The notes below the pieces were generated by a model. That model saw nothing but the letters and a program-made list of their open reading frames with translations. It ran no database searches and was not told where the DNA came from. From NCBI GenBank assembly GCA_965113315.1, contig OZ220364.1: a DNA stretch of 64,000 nt. One strand, given 5' to 3'. This stretch comes from Podarcis vaucheri. Taxonomy: Eukaryota. Shown here piece by piece: positions 53,601-61,300 of this stretch (positions within the stretch are counted from its first letter, which is position 1; each line of letters begins with the position of its first letter). The translations under genes were made by a program, and so were the position numbers.

Positions 53601-55349
53601 AAGAGTGCAAGGGAATAAAACATCATGGCATCTATTTGAAGGCTGAAAAGAAAGACAATTCAGACTCACCATGAATCTACAATAATGAAGAATGCAAAGT
53701 AGTAACAAAGGACTTTGCCCAAGGGTTTGACATGGTTAAGAAAAGAGGATTATAAAAGACAAGCACTGATCACAAAAACAGAGGAGGGAATGGCCTTCAT
53801 TCTTTTGGAAAGTTGATGCAATAACTGCAAACATCGCACTGCAGAAATCCCAGCAAAGCTGTGCAGGCTCAAAGTCACCCATGCTTGCCTTAATGAGGCT
53901 CTTCCAGAGTACACATAAGATCAGTATATCAGTTTTAATCCTAGTGTTCTTATTTCAAAGCTCTTCTATGCAGGCTGCTACTGTACTTGGCAAGAAGGGA
54001 TTTTTCTGTCTCAGAACAGTATCTCGAACAACATTAAGCCAAGCACAAAGGCTGGAAATGCTCCTCCTATGGTGTAAGTGCTGGACAAACCATCTTAGTG
54101 CTATTTCCCTTTCATCTGTTGACAGCAACACCAGGCATCTCTGGCAGTTCTTACCTTAGTTTTTCCTGAGCCTGTGGGCCCCACCAGCATGAGACCATGA
54201 CGTACCACAGTAGTTTCATATAGCTGGATGCACTTCATCACAAACCCTGGAAGAAAAAGATCCAGAATGGGAATGCCTCACAGTTGCTTTCACAGGCCTG
54301 CAGGTCTATGGATACGAAACTGTGTGGATGCTATAAGCCCCCAAAGCACCATTGAAGGCACACACCAGTTTGTTCCTTAGCTATCTTGAGAAAGATGTCA
54401 GCACAGCCTACAATGCTACTCTTACTCACTCAATCCTTTCATAGCTATCACACATTTTAGAATCCAGAGAGTGATATAGTATACATGTAAATAAAAGCAC
54501 ATTTTCACTTACGGCACACCAACTTTGTAATTCTCTCCCTTCTTGGCATTAGGTGAAAAACCATTTTATCTGCCTGGTATTTTAGACTGAACTTGGAATT
54601 ATTATTTGATCTAATTTTAATGTTCTAAAGCTTTGTTCATTTTTATTATTGTTGTTTTAAATATTCTTTGCTCCAGGAGCTATTTTAGGTTAAAGCATGT
54701 AGCAGAATGAAAAATAATAATAAATATTAAATATACACTAAGTTCCAGGCTACAGGGAACGAGACAGAGGGCCTTCTCGGTAGTGGCGCCCGCCCTGTGG
54801 AACACCCTCCCATCAGATGTCAAAGAGATAAATAATTACCTGATATTCAGAAGACATCTTAAGGCAGCCCTGTTCAGGGAAGTTTTTAATATGTAACGCT
54901 GTACTGTTTTTAACACTGAACGCGGGTGGCGCTGTGGGTAAAAGCCTCAGCGCCTAGGGCTTGCCGATCGAAAGGTCGGCGGTTCGAATCCCCGCGGCGG
55001 GGTGCGCTCCCGCTGCTCGGTCCCAGCGCCTGCCAACCTAGCAGTTCGAAAGCACCCCCGGGTGCAAGTAGATAAATAGGTACCGCTTACCAGCGGGAAG
55101 GTAAACGGCGTTCCGTGTGCTGCGCTGGCTCGCCAGATGCAGCTTTGTCACGCTGGCCACGTGACCCGGAAGTGTCTCCGGACAGCGCTGGCCCCCGGCC
55201 TCTTGAGTGAGATGGGCGCACAAACCCCAGAGTCTGTCAAGACTGGCCCGTTCGGGCAGGGGTACCTTTACCTTTACTTACTGTTTTTAACACTGATTGG
55301 GAGCCACCCAGAGTGGCTGGGGAAACTCAACCAGATGGGCGGGGTATAA

Positions 55350-55386
<37 letters not shown>

Positions 55387-58300
55387 CAAGTTTACCGTCC
55401 TACTTAGATTGTACAGTATTCTGCCAGAGTGTTAGAAAACAGTAAAAACACACACACCAAAAAATCTAGATAACAAATGCAATTGGGAACAAAATGAGCA
55501 TAGATTTGGGGTTTGTACTTTTCCTGGTAAGAATTTAAAATGTTAAGTGGTATACAGATGCTTTAAAAATAAACAAATGACATTTTCCTCGCTGCTGTGA
55601 ATATTTTGCTTTAAGAATTTTTGGGCCTGATCTACTTAATTTCCATTTTTAATGCTCTGAGAACAACATCAGAGCAGAGGTTAAAAATGAATGGAAAGAC
55701 AAATTTATTTATTGAGGCTGCAATCCTATATCCACTTACTTTGGAGTAAGCTCCACTGAACCCAGTGGGACTTAATTCTGAACAGACAAGTAAAGCATTG
55801 CTCTGTTATTTAATTATGGCATTTGTATCCTGCCTCTCTTCCACACAACTTGAGGTGAAGAACATGGGATTCCCAGATAGGTTCCATCCAGGCACTTAAA
55901 AACCCATCCTCATATAATGATCTGTGCACTACGATTGCTGAAGAACAAATTATAATCCACTGCTGTGGTGCCAAATTTCCAAAGTTCACAAGAAAACTCC
56001 ACAGAAGCAGTGTGTTACTTTTTCACTTACCATCAACATCTTTCAAGTTGTCTTTAAGACAGTATCTGTGAATTGCTTCCTCCAGGATGCCATAGTCAAT
56101 AGGTTCCTCTTTGATCTTGGGAAACAGATCAGAAATTATACCATTGAAAAGCTTCAGGTCATCCTGCAGGAATTTAGGAACATTGACATCCTTGATGGCC
56201 CTTAGGCAAATCAGCTCCTGCAAGCAAGAAAAGTATATTAGTAAAGATTCATCCTCTTTTCTTGGATCTCCATGCCCAGCCTTTAATTGCCACACTCTGA
56301 AATCTTGATTATTCTACAGAGCTACTAATCTTTGTACTTTGACAGACAGATGATTGCAATTAGGACTGTTCTTTTCAATTGTGTTTACTTTTCTTGTTCC
56401 AGACATCTTCAGCTAAGATGAAAAAACGTGGTGGTGGTGGTGGAGTTTCACTGAGGTTGCTGAAAGAATGTTATCAACAATCTTAATTTTTTAATGAAAA
56501 AATCAAAATAAGCTAAATAAAAGTTACAAGATCGAGCCCCAAATGGAATTGTTGCACATTTTAGCGTACAAATCTTTGTAGATTAGGTACAGACAGAGCA
56601 GAACAAAATTTTAAACAAAGTTTAGTCTTAGCACAGCCTTCACCAACATGATGTTCTATGCCCCTGCTGGGAAGTTATTCCCAACACTCTGCCCCACCAG
56701 ATGAGCAACACATGTCCAGAATGTAACCAGCAAAGTGGCTCTTAACTATTCTAGTCATCCTCATGCAACACTGCATATGGAGCCATTTGAAGTGGGACTA
56801 CTTGAACTTGCCTCGTCCATTGTTGGATTTTCTCTTTTGAGATTGCCAGCCGCTGAAATGACTGTCTTCACAGCTCTCATTCCAAAGTCATAGTGATCCT
56901 GCAGCAGAGATATGGGAAATGACAATAGTGGAAATAGGCACTGAAATGGAATGGCAAGCATCTAATCAGTTAGACAAGAGAAGGGAACAATCTGCCAATC
57001 TCCTTCTCTACTTGCAGCCCAGCCTCTTTCCTAAGAAAACAAAAAGAGGGAGAATCTTTACATAGCTAGGCCTAGGCTTAAATACTTTCATTCTGAACAA
57101 AGGTAAAAGACAAAGAGTAGAGAGGCAGAGAGTACTGTTATGAAGAAGGGTATTCGATACTGCAGCAATCCTCTTTAGTTCTTCTGTCCTCATAAAGCAA
57201 TTCCTTGGTAACAACTGAAAACGAAACCAGGGCATGAGCGATAACATTGGTATGATTGCACAAAAACTTGAGCTAAGGAGGATCAAAATGGATAAAGGAC
57301 AGCCACGGAGATAGCAATGAAAGTGAGAAGAGAATATGGTGCTCCAAGATATCAGAATCAGCAACAATTCTGAGATACAGGATGTACTCTAATGGAACTT
57401 TAAAGATTCCTCCTACACTAGGAAGGCTGGATGGCTCAAAAATACTGACCTGGGAACTGAGTTGTTCAGAAGACAATTTAAAGGTGGTAGTGATCTTCTT
57501 TGCCAGAACTTTGGCTTCATTGAAGCCAAATGAATACAGAGAAATCTCAGCAATCATAGAGTAATCTGGAACCATCATAGCCACAGGACGAAAAAGAGCC
57601 TGGAAGGCATACAGTCACCATGAAGAGGGAAGGCTCCACATATATTCACTCTTAGCAATCTGTGCTTATTGATGGTAAGCAAATTAAAAGCAATCTGCAC
57701 AAAAGAGGTTATCAACCCAAGTGGCAGCAACCCTTTATAATTGCACACAGAAGACAGAATTTATGAAATTTGCCAGTTGCAGCTGAGATCTTTTTTTAAT
57801 GTTCGAGATTTCTGAGGAGGCATTTCCAACTATTTGGGGGATAATATAACATCTTATTGCATGATCAGACTTAGTAGCATTCAAAAACAGTCTCCCTTGC
57901 CAACGTGAATTTAAGTGATTTTCCTAACTTTGTGGGAGTGGAATGAAATCTCTTTCACCAAATTTACCTATGCTTTGAAATTGGAAGAGATTTTCTCCCT
58001 TCAAAGCAATACATTCTAGGGGTTGGGATACTCCCATCCCATTTATGCCTACAAATAAAGGATGGATTCCTCTATATATGACGGAATATATCAGATATTC
58101 CTCTCCAATGTCAGACACAGAGCTCCAACATCAGAGAGGAAGATCTGATGTCAGCTCCTGCCCCCAACGCCAAAGCCACTAACACCCTGGTCCAACCAGT
58201 GTTTGAGCTGCAATGTCAGTATAGACAAAATTGAGATATATTGGGAGACATTAAGAGGTGTGCCTGAGGAAGACCAGGAAACAGCTGGGATTTGAAGGAT

Positions 58301-61300
58301 CCAACTCTTTCCTAGTCCCCTGATACACCCCCAAACTGGGGACAAATTTAGACATACCTCTAAGCTTGACTCAATCTCTCCCTCCACTATCTTGCTCCAT
58401 TAGAGAGGGGAAATGTACAGAAGGTGGGAATTAAATCTGGAAATAGACAAAGGACTGCAAGATTGCCTCATTTTTGGATGTGGTCATTGAACTGCCTTTT
58501 GTTCCTGCCCCTTCCCCTAACCTTAAAACTGCATCCTAAGATAGTCAGAACGTAGATGTCATCTTATAGCATTATAGTTAAGTAAGAGACAGTTGTTCAT
58601 ATTTGTACTGAGTGTGGCCAAGTCCAGCAGTGTTTAGTTACCTTTAAGTTATCTGGTAGCTCAGTGCGTCCGGCATAGCCAGGGTTCATTGTGATGAAGA
58701 CTGCACAAGATGGAACCAGTGCAATTTCAGCTCCTTCAAACATGAAGCGATCTACCTGGACCCAGTAAAACATTATCATAGTGAGTAACTTGCTGGTAAG
58801 CAAATATCCTCAATTCCAGATGGAACAAAATCCTTTTTGTGTCAAAACAGATAAATCTAACTCTACAAATCCAGTCAAATGTCCTCACTGGGCTGGTCCA
58901 AAGATGCACACTACCCACTCATCGGTTTGCAGACAGGACCAGATTCATTTAGAATTCAGTTGGACACACAATGACATCCCTCCCTTAGATTTGCACTTCC
59001 CTGAACTTGGTTCACCCTAAGACACGGTTGCTCATTCTACCCTGCAGTGGCTTTGGCTGCATTTGCATCCACTGCATCTCTTCTAGAGGTGTGTCAGGTG
59101 GCAACTTGGGCTACTCCAAATTCTTTCATAGAGAGTTATAAGATGGACTTGCATGCTTCCTTGGAGGATGCATTTGGAAGGCATATCCTCCAGAAATTAA
59201 TTCCTCATCATTAATTTGTGTTTTTTTTAAAAAGATATTTAGAAATTACAGAAAAAAAGAAAAAACAACAACAAAAAATTCAACAAGACATACATTTCGA
59301 TACATAAAAAAGGAAAATAAAAAACAGAAAAACCAATACAACAATACAATAAAAAACACACATCCAATACTCCATATCTTTATCTTTCATTTGCTTGTTT
59401 CCTCGACCTCCTCACACCTCCCTTTTTGTATTCTAGTTTAGTTAATTGTTTCAGCAAATTCTTTCCATCTTTCTCAATTTTTGTTAAGTAATTTATCTTA
59501 ACGGTCTAACATATTAATTCACTCAGCAAATCCTTGCTATCTTTCACTGTGTTCTGTCATTCAATTTACCTTAATTTATTTTAACCTTATCTTACCATAA
59601 AATACCTTAAAGCTTAAAACTTAATATTTATTTATACATAACTCCTTATATCATTTCTACTAAAGCCAAATAGTTTCATTCCAACATTTTTCCTAATACT
59701 CATTAGTTTTACACTAATTCTCAATTATTATTTTTTTTAAAAAAACTTTCTTCCAATCTTCATCCAACGTCTCTTCTTCCTGGTCTCGGGTTATGTCAGT
59801 CCTTACTGTCCATCCCATCTAGTCCATCAACCTGGTGCTCTTGTGTCCGAGGCTCTTAAGTCTCTTCCATGCCCCTTCTGCAGATCTTCTTCTTGTTTAT
59901 ATCTGCACTTTACCTTGTCTTCTGTTGATCTTTTTCTTAGTTTCTTTCCTTTCTCATTGAGGAATAGGTCTCGGGGAGACTCCGACCCAAAAATATCTCC
60001 ATCTTCCCTCAGCAGATCAGCCCATTCCCCACACTCAGCACTGTAGTCCAAAAAGTATTTAAAAGCATGTTTCAAAGACCCTCCAAAATTAAAAGCCCCC
60101 ACAACTCCAGACCCCCCCCGGCCCACTCCAGATTGAATCTTCAAGAACAGCGGCTTATGCTCCTGCAAGGCCTCGGGTCTCTCCATTTGTGTTACTTGAG
60201 GTTCAACAGCGACCTCCTCCATTATCTTCTGCACTTGCACTTGCCCTGTCAAAACAAGTTCCTGAGTTGGTTCCTGAATGGTTTCTATATGGGTATTCAC
60301 CGTTTGTCCAAAGTTTTTGACTGCAACAGTCATCAAATCCATCTTCTCATGCATCTGCTCCAACAAAGCGCTTGTCTTGCAAAAAGCAAGCCCCAAAACT
60401 TCTTCTAAACACATTTTTATTCAAGGCCAGAGTCTGGTCTCACGATCCTAATCTCGCAGCTGTGAAATCCCCAGATTGACTCCAGCAACAATTTAACAAG
60501 CTCCCTCTAGAGGAGACAATTTCTATTTGTATCCATCTTTTGAAAGCAGGTCCAACAAAGGAAAATTACTTTCATTTTTCATATATTTTGTATCTTTTGA
60601 TTGGAAAAGGCAACATTGGAATCAGTTTCTTTCTCTTTTTTTTAACTATCTGTCAAAAGACGTTCCATTCACAGTCAATGAACTTCCCCAAGAATTTCTG
60701 TCTCTGACACCCCGTTCCCAGGTTTGAGACGCTGGAAATTTATCTTTCTTTACTCTCTCTCCTGCAGGCTTGAACAATCAAAATTCCCCCCTTTTCTCCT
60801 GCTTCCAAGAGGGGTTTTGATGGTTATAACTGAAGGAAATTTAGTCCTTTATATGCGACTTTCCGGACTTTAGCTTGCAAATTTTTGCTTCAGTCTATTT
60901 ACAAAAAGTGGAAGGCGGACTTCCTGTTTAGAACCTTCCCGCTTCAGTGCCAAATTAAAATGTTTCTTAATCCAATTTTCCGTTTTACTCATGAGTACTT
61001 GTTTAGAATCCAATTGTCCACAGCAAAAAGTCAGCGCTCTCCGGCAACGGCTGTGCGGCTTCACTCCGTAAAAGTAGCAGTCGATTCAAAACACCACGCC
61101 GCTCACCCCACGTCGCTTCGGATCCCCGAAAAAGGGTTTCCCTGCGAGTAGGGGAGGCGCTCCTGGTGTCAGCCAAATCCCACGTTCCCAGGCTTCCTCC
61201 GCCTGGGATTTTTAAAAGGGTGTCCGCCTTCGCCGCGGCGGCAAGACCCGATTTTCACGGAGCGGGTTCCTCCCGGTCAGAGGAACTCCGCCATTGCCGA

